A stretch of 36,139 bases of DNA from Armatimonadota bacterium (GTDB lineage Bacteria > Armatimonadota > DTGP01 > JAHWJO01). The position numbers and the translations under genes were made by a program. The stretch covers positions 1-36,139 of the forward strand of contig JAHWJO010000001.1 of the NCBI GenBank assembly GCA_019348365.1, read 5' to 3'. The notes under the pieces are model-generated. The model did not search any database. It saw only the letters and a program-made list of their open reading frames with translations, and was not told the origin of the DNA. This document shows positions 18,756 through 26,486 of this stretch, piece by piece (position 1 is the stretch's first letter; every line of letters begins with the position of its first letter).

Positions 18756-19794
18756 GGCCCGGGAGTCCCCCGCCGATCTCACCCGGTCCCCGTTTCGTTC
18801 GGTTCTCCCCTCCCTCGTCACCGCGCTCATTATCCTTCTCGCGCTCGTCGGGGCGGCCCTGGCGGCGGGGGTGTCCCCCCTCCACGCGCTCGTTACCCTC
18901 TGGGCGGGGGCGTTCGGCGATGCCTACGCTGTCAGCGAGACCCTGACGCAGACCGTCCCGCTGCTGTTTGCCGGTCTCGGAGTTGCGGTTGCATTCCGGT
19001 GCGGGGTCTGGAACATCGGGGCGGAGGGGCAGTTCCTCGTCGGCGCGATGGCGGTGATGGCGCTGCTCGCGGTCTGGCAGCCGCCCAATGCCGTGCTGGG
19101 CATCCCGGCGCTGGTCATGGCGGGGGCGGGGGCCGGGGCCGTTTGGGCGGGACTGGCGGCGGCACTGAGGGTGTACCGCTGCGTGCCGGAAGTCATCAGC
19201 ACGATCATGCTGAATTTCATCGCTCTCCATATGTTCAGCTGGGCGATTCGCGGACCGCTTCAGGAGGCGGCGGGGCGTTACCCTCAGAGCGAGGAGGTTC
19301 CCGCGATCCTCCAGTTGGGGCGGTTCATGCCGCCGACCCGGCTCCACCTGGGCTTTCTCCTGGCGCTTCTGGCGCTCGCGGGGGTGCAGATCCTCCTGTT
19401 CCGGACCGTGCTCGGCTTTCAGATCCGCGCCACGGGCCAGAACGACCGCGCCGCGCGCTACGCGGGCATCCCGACCTCCCGCGTCATCCTCATCGCGATG
19501 GGGATCAGCGGAGGGCTGGCCGGGGTAGCCGGCGCGGTGGAGCTGACGGGAGTGACGTTTCGGCTGGTGGAGCCGTTCTCGCCGGGGTACGGGTTTACCG
19601 CCATCGCCGTGGCGCTCGTCGGGGGGCTGAAGCCGTACGGGATCGGCGCAGCGGCGCTCCTGTTCGGGGCGCTGACCGTCGGATCGGGCGCGCTCCAGCG
19701 GTCGGCCCACATCCCTTCCGTCCTGGTGTCGGTGATTCAGGCGGCGGTCCTCTTCGCGGCGGCGTGGCAGAGCGCGCGGGGTCGGAAGGGGTAG
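18745..19794 (+). CDS. ABC transporter permease (branched permease family, YufP/NupB-like)
   Basis: Multi-pass hydrophobic protein directly after the ATPase. ATG 18745 overlaps the ATPase stop by 11 nt; ATG 18718 is the alternative. Confidence 0.82.
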   Translation: MVDEARESPADLTRSPFRSVLPSLVTALIILLALVGAALAAGVSPLHALVTLWAGAFGDAYAVSETLTQTVPLLFAGLGVAVAFRCGVWNIGAEGQFLVGAMAVMALLAVWQPPNAVLGIPALVMAGAGAGAVWAGLAAALRVYRCVPEVISTIMLNFIALHMFSWAIRGPLQEAAGRYPQSEEVPAILQLGRFMPPTRLHLGFLLALLALAGVQILLFRTVLGFQIRATGQNDRAARYAGIPTSRVILIAMGISGGLAGVAGAVELTGVTFRLVEPFSPGYGFTAIAVALVGGLKPYGIGAAALLFGALTVGSGALQRSAHIPSVLVSVIQAAVLFAAAWQSARGRKG

Positions 19795-19851
19795 GCCGGT
19801 GTTTTTACACCCGGCGACTCAAGTCGCGGGGTACAACCAAGGCAAAAGCCT

Positions 19852-20760
19852 ATGCTGGAATTCCTGGATGCGACAATCAAGCTCTCCGTGCCGCTGCTGT
19901 TCGCCGCGCTGGGAGAGACGGTGACCGAACGCTCCGGAGTCCTCAATATCGGGGTGGAGGGGGTGATGCTGACTTCCGCCTTCTTCGGGTTCTGGGTCGC
20001 GCTGGCGACGGGGAACACTTCTCTGGGGATCGCCGCCGGAGTGGGTTCGGCCCTGGCGATGACCCTGCTGTTCGGATGGCTGACGGTGAAGATCCCGGCG
20101 GATCAGATCGTGGTGGGCATGGGGATCAACCTTCTGGCGGTCGGCCTGACCGGAGCCCTGTACCGCATCCTGTTCGGGGAAACGGGCTCCGCCCTTACCG
20201 TGACGACCCTTCCTCCGGCTCCCCTGCCCCTCCTCTCCGACCTCCCTTTGATCGGACCCGTCTTCTTTCGCCAAAATCTATTGGTGTATCTGTCGTTCGC
20301 CTGCGTGCCCGCGCTCGCGTTCCTGTTCTACCGGACGGGGGCGGGTCTCTCTCTCCGCGCGGTGGGGGAGGACCCGAAGGCGGCGGACACCGCCGGGGTT
20401 CCCGTTCATCGCGTGCGGCTGGCGGCGGTTCTGGCGGGCGGAGGATTGGCAGGGCTGGGGGGAGCGTTCCTCTCGCTGGCGCACGCGCACACCTTCACGG
20501 AAGGGATGACGGCGGGGCGCGGGTTCATCGCTTTAGCTATCGTCATTCTGGGTCGCTGGAGTCCCTGGGGTGCGCTCGGGGCGTCCCTGCTGTTCGGAGC
20601 GGCCAGCGCCCTCCAGTTCACACTGCAATCTCAGGGTTTCCAGGCGCCCTATCCATTCTTTCTCGCCCTGCCCTACGTCGTCACGCTGGCGGTGCTGATG
20701 GGGGTCCGGGGGACGGCCCGCGCTCCTGCTGCTCTCGCCCGGCCCTATGAGAGAGAGTGA
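19852..20760 (+). CDS. ABC transporter permease (YufQ/NupC-like partner)
   Basis: 302 aa hydrophobic protein (LSVPLLFAALGETVTERSGVLNIGVEG...), paired with the preceding permease. Confidence 0.82.
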   Translation: MLEFLDATIKLSVPLLFAALGETVTERSGVLNIGVEGVMLTSAFFGFWVALATGNTSLGIAAGVGSALAMTLLFGWLTVKIPADQIVVGMGINLLAVGLTGALYRILFGETGSALTVTTLPPAPLPLLSDLPLIGPVFFRQNLLVYLSFACVPALAFLFYRTGAGLSLRAVGEDPKAADTAGVPVHRVRLAAVLAGGGLAGLGGAFLSLAHAHTFTEGMTAGRGFIALAIVILGRWSPWGALGASLLFGAASALQFTLQSQGFQAPYPFFLALPYVVTLAVLMGVRGTARAPAALARPYERE

Positions 20761-20769
20761 ACCCAGATC

Positions 20770-20906
20770 GTTGAGCTTTGAGCTTTGAGCTTTGAGCGTT
20801 GAGCTTTGAAAACGACAGCCCTGCCCGTTTTGTCACAGGGACGCTCGGAAATTCACCAGAAAAATATCGCCGCCGTACTCAACGCTAAACGCCCAATGCT
20901 CAACGC
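20770..20906. repeat. inverted repeat with heptamer tandem arm (ttgagc[t/g] x5) and a degenerate gctcaacgc partner arm
   Basis: Tandem at 20771-20805. The right side ctcaacgctaaacgcccaatgctcaacgc (20878-20906) carries two reverse-complement copies. It occupies the permease-stop to queD-like-start gap. Confidence 0.8.
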
Positions 20907-20909
20907 CCG

Positions 20910-21740
20910 ATGCCAAAAACAATGATCGTCTATCTCACCCGGCAGGCCCGGTTTTCGGCGGGCCATCGATATTTTCATCCGGAGTGGACCGAGGAGGAGA
21001 ACCTTCGCCGGTTCGGTTCCTGCGCGCGTCCGCACGGCCACGGCCACGATTACCTGGTGGAAGCGACGGTCAGGGGGCCGCTCGATGCGCCGGTGGGGAT
21101 GGTCATCAACATCACCGAATTGAAAGCGGCCCTGCAATCGGCGCTGGAGCCGCTGGACGGGCATTTCCTGGACCGCCGCCACCCGCTCATGAACGACCGG
21201 AACCCGACGACGGAGACGCTCGCCCGGTACGTCTGGTCTGCGCTGGAGGGTCGATGGGAGACCTGTTTCCCCCATAATGTCCGTATTTATGAGAACCCAA
21301 CGCTCTGGAGCGATTACAGAGGGGAGGAATCCGTCGTGTATCTCACCCGCCGGTACGAGTTCAGCGCGGCCCACCGGCTGCACAGCCCCGTCTTATCGGA
21401 CGAGGAAAACCGGGAGGTCTTCGGCAAGTGCAACCACCCGAACGGCCACGGGCACAACTACGGCCTGGAAGTCACCGTTTCCGGGGAGGCGGACCCTGAT
21501 ACCGGCATGGTGATGGACCTGACCCGGCTGGATGAAGTCGTGCATCGGCAGGTGGTGGACCGGATGGATCACCGGCACCTCAATTACGACCTGCCGGAGT
21601 TCGAGGCGCTGAATCCCACGTCGGAGAACCTGGCCGTCGTGGCCTGGAGCCTGCTGAAGCCGGAGCTGGGCGACTCTCTCGTGAAGGTCGGTATTCGGGA
21701 GACGGATCGGAACTACTTTGAGTTCGGCGGGGAAGAATAA
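20910..21740 (+). CDS. two-module 6-pyruvoyl-tetrahydropterin / 6-carboxy-tetrahydropterin synthase family protein (tandem PTPS/QueD domains)
   Basis: Both halves carry the family hallmarks. Half 1 has FSAGHRYF and CARPHGHGHDY. Half 2 has FSAAHRLH and CNHPNGHGHNY. Each half also has the downstream D..LN/LD, T.E.LA..W and final E. ATG 20922 is an alternative start. Confidence 0.85.
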   Translation: MPKTMIVYLTRQARFSAGHRYFHPEWTEEENLRRFGSCARPHGHGHDYLVEATVRGPLDAPVGMVINITELKAALQSALEPLDGHFLDRRHPLMNDRNPTTETLARYVWSALEGRWETCFPHNVRIYENPTLWSDYRGEESVVYLTRRYEFSAAHRLHSPVLSDEENREVFGKCNHPNGHGHNYGLEVTVSGEADPDTGMVMDLTRLDEVVHRQVVDRMDHRHLNYDLPEFEALNPTSENLAVVAWSLLKPELGDSLVKVGIRETDRNYFEFGGEE

Positions 21741-21838
21741 CGTGGAAGCGCCCAAACCTCGGGACAGGCGTCCCATGAGACACTGAAGATACAACGATTC
21801 GTCCGTCAGCATGCCGGACTTAGGAAGGCGAGCGTTCA

Positions 21839-22399
21839 GTGGAGGATTATTACAGGGAGATCCTGAAGGAGATCGGCGAAGACCCGGACCGGGAGGGCCT
21901 GGCCCGCACCCCGAAGCGCGCCGGCGAGGCGATGCGGTTCATGACGCGCGGCTACACAGAGTCGGTGGACCAGCTGCTGAATAACGCCGTTTTCCACGAA
22001 GAGTACGACAACATGGTGATCCTCAAGGACATCGAATTCTACTCACTCTGTGAGCATCACCTGCTGCCGTTCTTCGGCCTCTGCCATGTCGCTTATCTGC
22101 CGGCGGGGAAGATCATCGGGCTCTCCAAGATCGCGCGGCTGGTGGACATGTTCTCCCGGCGGCTCCAGGTGCAGGAGCGGATGACGGCGGAGATCGCGCA
22201 CGCGCTGGAGGAAGCGATCCAGCCGCGCGGCGTGGCGGTGGTCTGCGAGGCGAAGCACATGTGCATGCTGATCCGGGGCGTGCAGAAGCAGAACAGCAGC
22301 ATGGTCACGAGCTACGTTTCGGGTACTTTCCGTGAAGACCAGCGGACCCGCACCGAATTCATGGAGCTTTTAAGGATCAGCCGCTCCTCCGACAGATAA
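21839..22399 (+). CDS. folE: GTP cyclohydrolase I (FolE, type IA)
   Basis: 186 aa with a GTG start. Contains [42 protein letters not shown] and CMLIRGV. Confidence 0.93.
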   Translation: MEDYYREILKEIGEDPDREGLARTPKRAGEAMRFMTRGYTESVDQLLNNAVFHEEYDNMVILKDIEFYSLCEHHLLPFFGLCHVAYLPAGKIIGLSKIARLVDMFSRRLQVQERMTAEIAHALEEAIQPRGVAVVCEAKHMCMLIRGVQKQNSSMVTSYVSGTFREDQRTRTEFMELLRISRSSDR

Positions 22400-22471
22400 A
22401 TTGCATCCGAAGAGGGCCGGTTGGCACAGGATGAGTTCGTCTGGCTTCTCCACAGGGCGGAACAACGAAAC

Positions 22472-22531
22472 AGAAACGGGTTGATGATCCAATCACCGAA
22501 GAGGGATGTAATGGATCGTCAACCCGTTTCT
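22472..22531. terminator. 20-bp-stem hairpin between convergent folE and the GH78 gene (possible bidirectional terminator or another inverted-repeat element)
   Basis: agaaacgggttgatgatcca (22472-22491) against tggatcgtcaacccgtttct (22512-22531), 19 of 20 complementary with a 20-nt loop. There is no clean U-tract on the plus side and a T-rich run on the minus side. Confidence 0.5.
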
Positions 22532-22566
22532 CTTCTTACAGCCTTCAGGCAGGCGAATAGACGGAG

Positions 22567-25500
22567 CTACTCCGTCCGGGACCGGTACGTCCCCGCGCCG
22601 AGGGTGAAGACCGACGCACCCGGCTCTTCACGCACCAGCTTCACGCCCGCCGCCTGCGCCACGGGCTTGCCGGATTCTGTGATCCGCGCCTGCCCCGACG
22701 TGGGGAGGATAACCGTCGCCGTGGTGTTGGCGGGAACGGTAAAGGTGTAGCTCGTTCCGTTCCCCTCCCGCTTCCACACGCTGGCGATGGGGCCATAGGC
22801 GCTCTCGTACACAGCTTCGGCGTGGGTGAGGCCGCCGCCGGGCCGGGGCCGCAGCATGACGTGTTTGTATCCGGGCCGGTTCGGGTCCACGTCGATACCG
22901 GCGAGATACCCGTACATCCACTCCCCCACCGAGCCGAACGCGAAATGGTTGAACGAGTTCATGCTCGGGTCGCCGGTGTCCCCGTTCCACCGCTCCCAGA
23001 TCGTGGTGGCGCCCTTGTCGATCATGTAGCCCCACGAGGGGTAGGTGCGCTGGTTCAGCAGCCGGTAGGCCACATCGGTGTGACCGGTGTCGGAGAGGGC
23101 GGGCAGCAGGTACTCCGTGCCGATGAACCCGGTGGAGAGGTGGTATCCGCGCTTCTCGATGTCGGCGACGAGGTGTTTCGCGGCGAGGGGGCGCACCTCC
23201 GCCGGCAGGAGGTCCATGTAGAGCGCCATCGCGTAGGCGGTCTGGGTGTCGCCCTTGATCTTTCCGTCGGGGGTCACGAACTCCTTGTTGAACGCCTTTT
23301 TGATCCCGTCCGCCAGCTTCGCGTACTTCTCCGCGTCCGCCTTCCGACCGATGGCCTCCGCCATCTCCGACATGAGGTGGGCGTCCCAGGCGAAGTAGGC
23401 CGTCGCGATCACGTCCTTCGGGGTGTTGCTCCCCGCCGGGACCCAATCCCCGAAGTCGTTGTTGCGGCGGTTGCGCCAGATGAGGTCCTGGTTGGCGCTG
23501 TGGATGTAGTTCATCCACTTCTCCATCGGCCCGAAGTTCCGCTCGACGATCCGGGTGTCGCCGTACATCTGGTAGACGGTCCAGGGGATGATGATCCCGG
23601 CGTCGCCCCACGCGGGCGCGCCGTCGGCGAGGTCCACGACGCGGGGGGAGACGTCGGAGAAGCCGCCGTCGGCGCTCTGGGCATCCACGATGTCCTGCAT
23701 CCACTTCGTGTAGAAGCTCTGGAGGTCCATGTTGAAGGTGGAGGTTTTGGCGAAGAGCTGCGCGTCGCCCATCCACCCCAGGCGCTCATCGCGCTGGGGG
23801 CAGTCGGTGGGGACGCTCATCAGGTTCCCCTTCTGGCCCCAGAGGATGTTGTGCTGGAGCTGGTTGACGAGCGGGCTGGAGGTGACGAATTTTCCGGTGA
23901 TCGGCGCGTCGGTGTGGAACACCCGCCCGAGGATGCTGTTCAGGTCCGGGCGGCCCGGATACCCCGTCACCTCGACGTAGCGGAAGCCGTGATAGGTGAA
24001 GTGCGGCTCCCAGACCTCCTCCTCCCCGCCCCGGAGGATGTAGGTGTCGGTGGCGTCGGCTTTGCGGAGGTTCTCGCGGTAGAGGTGGCCGTCGGGCTTA
24101 AGGATCTCCGCGAACCGGAGCCGGACGGTATCGCCGCGCTTGCCGTTCACCTTCAGCCGCGCCCACCCGACCATGTTCTGCCCCATGTCGTAGATGAAGA
24201 CTCCCGGCGACGGCTCGGCGATGCGGACGGGCTTGATGTTGCCCGTGATCCGGATCGGCGGGGAGACCTGGGATTCGAGGGCGGCGGGCCAGTCTTTCAG
24301 CACCTCGACGTTCTGCCATCCGGCGGCGTTGAAGCCGGGGCGATGCCAACCCTGTGGGTCGAGCCGCGCGTCGTAATTCTCACCGGCGTACAGCTCGGAG
24401 CGGAGGATGGGTCCGGGAGTCGCCTTCCACGAGCCGTCGGAGAGAACCGTCTCCTTCGAGCCGTCCTTGTACGTCACCTCGATCTGAGCGAGGAGGCGGA
24501 GCGGCGGCGGCCCGAAGCTGTAACGCTGGAGGTTCCATCCCAGGCCGCTCGCGTACCACCCGTCGCCGAGCATGGCCCCGGCGGCATTGTCCCCCGTCTT
24601 CAGGAGGGGGGTCACGTCGTAGGTCTGGTAGCGGACGCGCTTCCGGTAGTCCGTCCAGTCGGGGCTCCAGACCTCGTTGCCCACCCGCGCGCCGTTCAGG
24701 AAGAGACGGTAGCTGCCGAGGCCGGTGACGTACGCGCGGGCGGACTGGATCGGCTTGGAGAGCGTGAAGCCTTTGCGGAGCAGCGGCGCGCGGAGGTTCG
24801 CCGTGCCGGAGGCGTTGACCGGCCCCCATGGGGCTTCGCCTACCTTCGCGAGGACCTGCACGGGAGTCCACCCGGCGGCCTCGAAGCCGGGGGTGAGCCA
24901 TCCGGCTTCCAATCGGTCGGACGACTTCCACTCCTGATCGATGGGGATCAGGTCCATGGCGGCGTTGCTCATCGCCACTTCCGATTCCTTGCCCGTCACG
25001 GGGTCCTTCACTTTGCGGATGACGACGCCGCTCTCGTGGGCCACGCGGAGCTGGCCCATGAGTCCCGCCGGGCCGTCCTCGTTCTTCGCCTCGATGGCGA
25101 GGACGTTCGTGCCCGGCTTGAGGAACGACTGGATGTCGATGACCGTCGGGCTGCGCCAGTCGTTCCCCTGCCCCGCCTCCCTGCCGTTGACGTAGAGGGT
25201 GAACCGGTTATCCGCCGCGAGGAGGAACCGGGCGTGGGTGATCTTCCGGCCTTCAGGATAAGTCAGGGTGCGCCGGAAGTAGCGGGTCGCATTCGGGGCC
25301 GGAGTCGCTTCGGGATGCCACACCCAGGAGAGTCCCTTCAGGTCGAACTCCTCCGGCTCCGGCGCAAGCCCGACCCACTTCGCTTTCCAGTCGTCGCGGT
25401 CCAGCAAACCCATCTCCCAGACGGCGGGCTTGCTGAACGGCGAGGGCTTGCCGGCGCCGTCCCAGGTCCGGACGGCCCAGTAGACCCGCTGCCGGGAGCG

Positions 25501-25854
25501 GAGCGGCTTACCGCCGTACTCCACCAGCACCGAGCGGTCGGAGGCGACTTTGCCGGTGTCCCAGAGGTCGGCTTTGCCGGAAGCGAGGAGGCGGGGCGTG
25601 GTGGCGACCCGCAGCTGATACGCGGACTGCCGCGCGCCGCGCCGGGGGTCGTTCACGCGCCACGAGAGCCGGGGTTGGCGCTCCTCGATCCCGAGCGGGG
25701 AGACCATCGTCTCGCATTGAAGGCCGGTAGGCGCGGCGAGGGTGGCCGGGGCAGCAACGGCGACTCTGTGCGGAAGCGCCAACATCGTGGAGAGCGCCGC
25801 GAGAGCGGAGAACGAGACGGAGAGATAACGGGTCATGGACGTTTGGATGGGCAT
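22567..25854 (-). CDS. alpha-L-rhamnosidase, glycoside hydrolase family 78 (secreted)
   Basis: Contains the hallmark DCPQRDERLGWMGD plus GH78 N-terminal, concanavalin-like and six-hairpin regions. Start set to ATG 25854 (MPIQTSMTRYLSVSFSALAALSTMLA..., a signal peptide); ATG 25836 or 25977 are possible. Confidence 0.9.
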   Translation of the reverse strand: MPIQTSMTRYLSVSFSALAALSTMLALPHRVAVAAPATLAAPTGLQCETMVSPLGIEERQPRLSWRVNDPRRGARQSAYQLRVATTPRLLASGKADLWDTGKVASDRSVLVEYGGKPLRSRQRVYWAVRTWDGAGKPSPFSKPAVWEMGLLDRDDWKAKWVGLAPEPEEFDLKGLSWVWHPEATPAPNATRYFRRTLTYPEGRKITHARFLLAADNRFTLYVNGREAGQGNDWRSPTVIDIQSFLKPGTNVLAIEAKNEDGPAGLMGQLRVAHESGVVIRKVKDPVTGKESEVAMSNAAMDLIPIDQEWKSSDRLEAGWLTPGFEAAGWTPVQVLAKVGEAPWGPVNASGTANLRAPLLRKGFTLSKPIQSARAYVTGLGSYRLFLNGARVGNEVWSPDWTDYRKRVRYQTYDVTPLLKTGDNAAGAMLGDGWYASGLGWNLQRYSFGPPPLRLLAQIEVTYKDGSKETVLSDGSWKATPGPILRSELYAGENYDARLDPQGWHRPGFNAAGWQNVEVLKDWPAALESQVSPPIRITGNIKPVRIAEPSPGVFIYDMGQNMVGWARLKVNGKRGDTVRLRFAEILKPDGHLYRENLRKADATDTYILRGGEEEVWEPHFTYHGFRYVEVTGYPGRPDLNSILGRVFHTDAPITGKFVTSSPLVNQLQHNILWGQKGNLMSVPTDCPQRDERLGWMGDAQLFAKTSTFNMDLQSFYTKWMQDIVDAQSADGGFSDVSPRVVDLADGAPAWGDAGIIIPWTVYQMYGDTRIVERNFGPMEKWMNYIHSANQDLIWRNRRNNDFGDWVPAGSNTPKDVIATAYFAWDAHLMSEMAEAIGRKADAEKYAKLADGIKKAFNKEFVTPDGKIKGDTQTAYAMALYMDLLPAEVRPLAAKHLVADIEKRGYHLSTGFIGTEYLLPALSDTGHTDVAYRLLNQRTYPSWGYMIDKGATTIWERWNGDTGDPSMNSFNHFAFGSVGEWMYGYLAGIDVDPNRPGYKHVMLRPRPGGGLTHAEAVYESAYGPIASVWKREGNGTSYTFTVPANTTATVILPTSGQARITESGKPVAQAAGVKLVREEPGASVFTLGAGTYRSRTE

Positions 25855-26156
25855 AGAAAAATCCTGAACGGTTGTGAACGATAATAAACGGTGAGGGAAG
25901 GACGAGCTGCCGGGAGGGGCTACCTCATGGATTCGGCGCGCGGCCTTTCCATGCCTCCTCGCCTGTGGCTGATCCATCGTTGATCGGCAGAGATGCTGCC
26001 TGCCTGCGGCGAGAGTTCAACAGCAGAAAACTTGGGTGTGAAATGCGGGACGAGTCCGGCGGTTGAAACTGCGCCTGGAGGGGCACGAAGTCCACCTTCG
26101 CGGATCCCCTCCGGAATCTCTGATAGATAGAGTAGGATAGAACTTACGAAGGGGCT

Positions 26157-26381
26157 CCCTTCCATGTCCTTCCGACTCCCTCCCCTGTATTCCGATTCTC
26201 TTTCCTGTCATTCCGAACGGAGTGAGGAATCCGACACCGAAGACGAAATGCTCTCTCCCGTAAGAAAGACTCTCTGATGGGCCGATAGACTTTCTCCCGT
26301 ACGGTCAGATCCCTCGCATACGATCGGGATGACAAGAGAGCACTGATTCGGGATGAAGGTCAAGTCGCCGGAGGGCGACTT
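26157..26381. repeat. palindromic intergenic repeat, copy 2 of the gtcattccga...tcgggatgac family, plus hairpin aagtcgcc-ggag-ggcgactt
   Basis: Shares cttccatgtc.ttccgactccc, ctgtcattccga, gaggaatc.gac, ctctcccgta and gtcagatccctcgc....tcgggatgaca with 1088..1208. The extra hairpin is at 26362-26381. Confidence 0.8.
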
Positions 26382-26486
26382 CGTGCCGTTGTTGCCACAA
26401 ATTCATTCGCCGGGAACTCACTCCCATCGTTAAACGGAGTCGGGTATGGGTGGCCCATTTCTACGGATCGAACGGGGGAACCGCTC

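Noticed and set aside
20761-21838. preQ1 or THF riboswitch upstream of the PTPS/QueD-like gene or folE.
   Set aside because: Neither leader resembles the consensus sequences as I remember them. The first leader is fully explained by the heptamer-armed repeat. An Rfam scan would be the decisive test.
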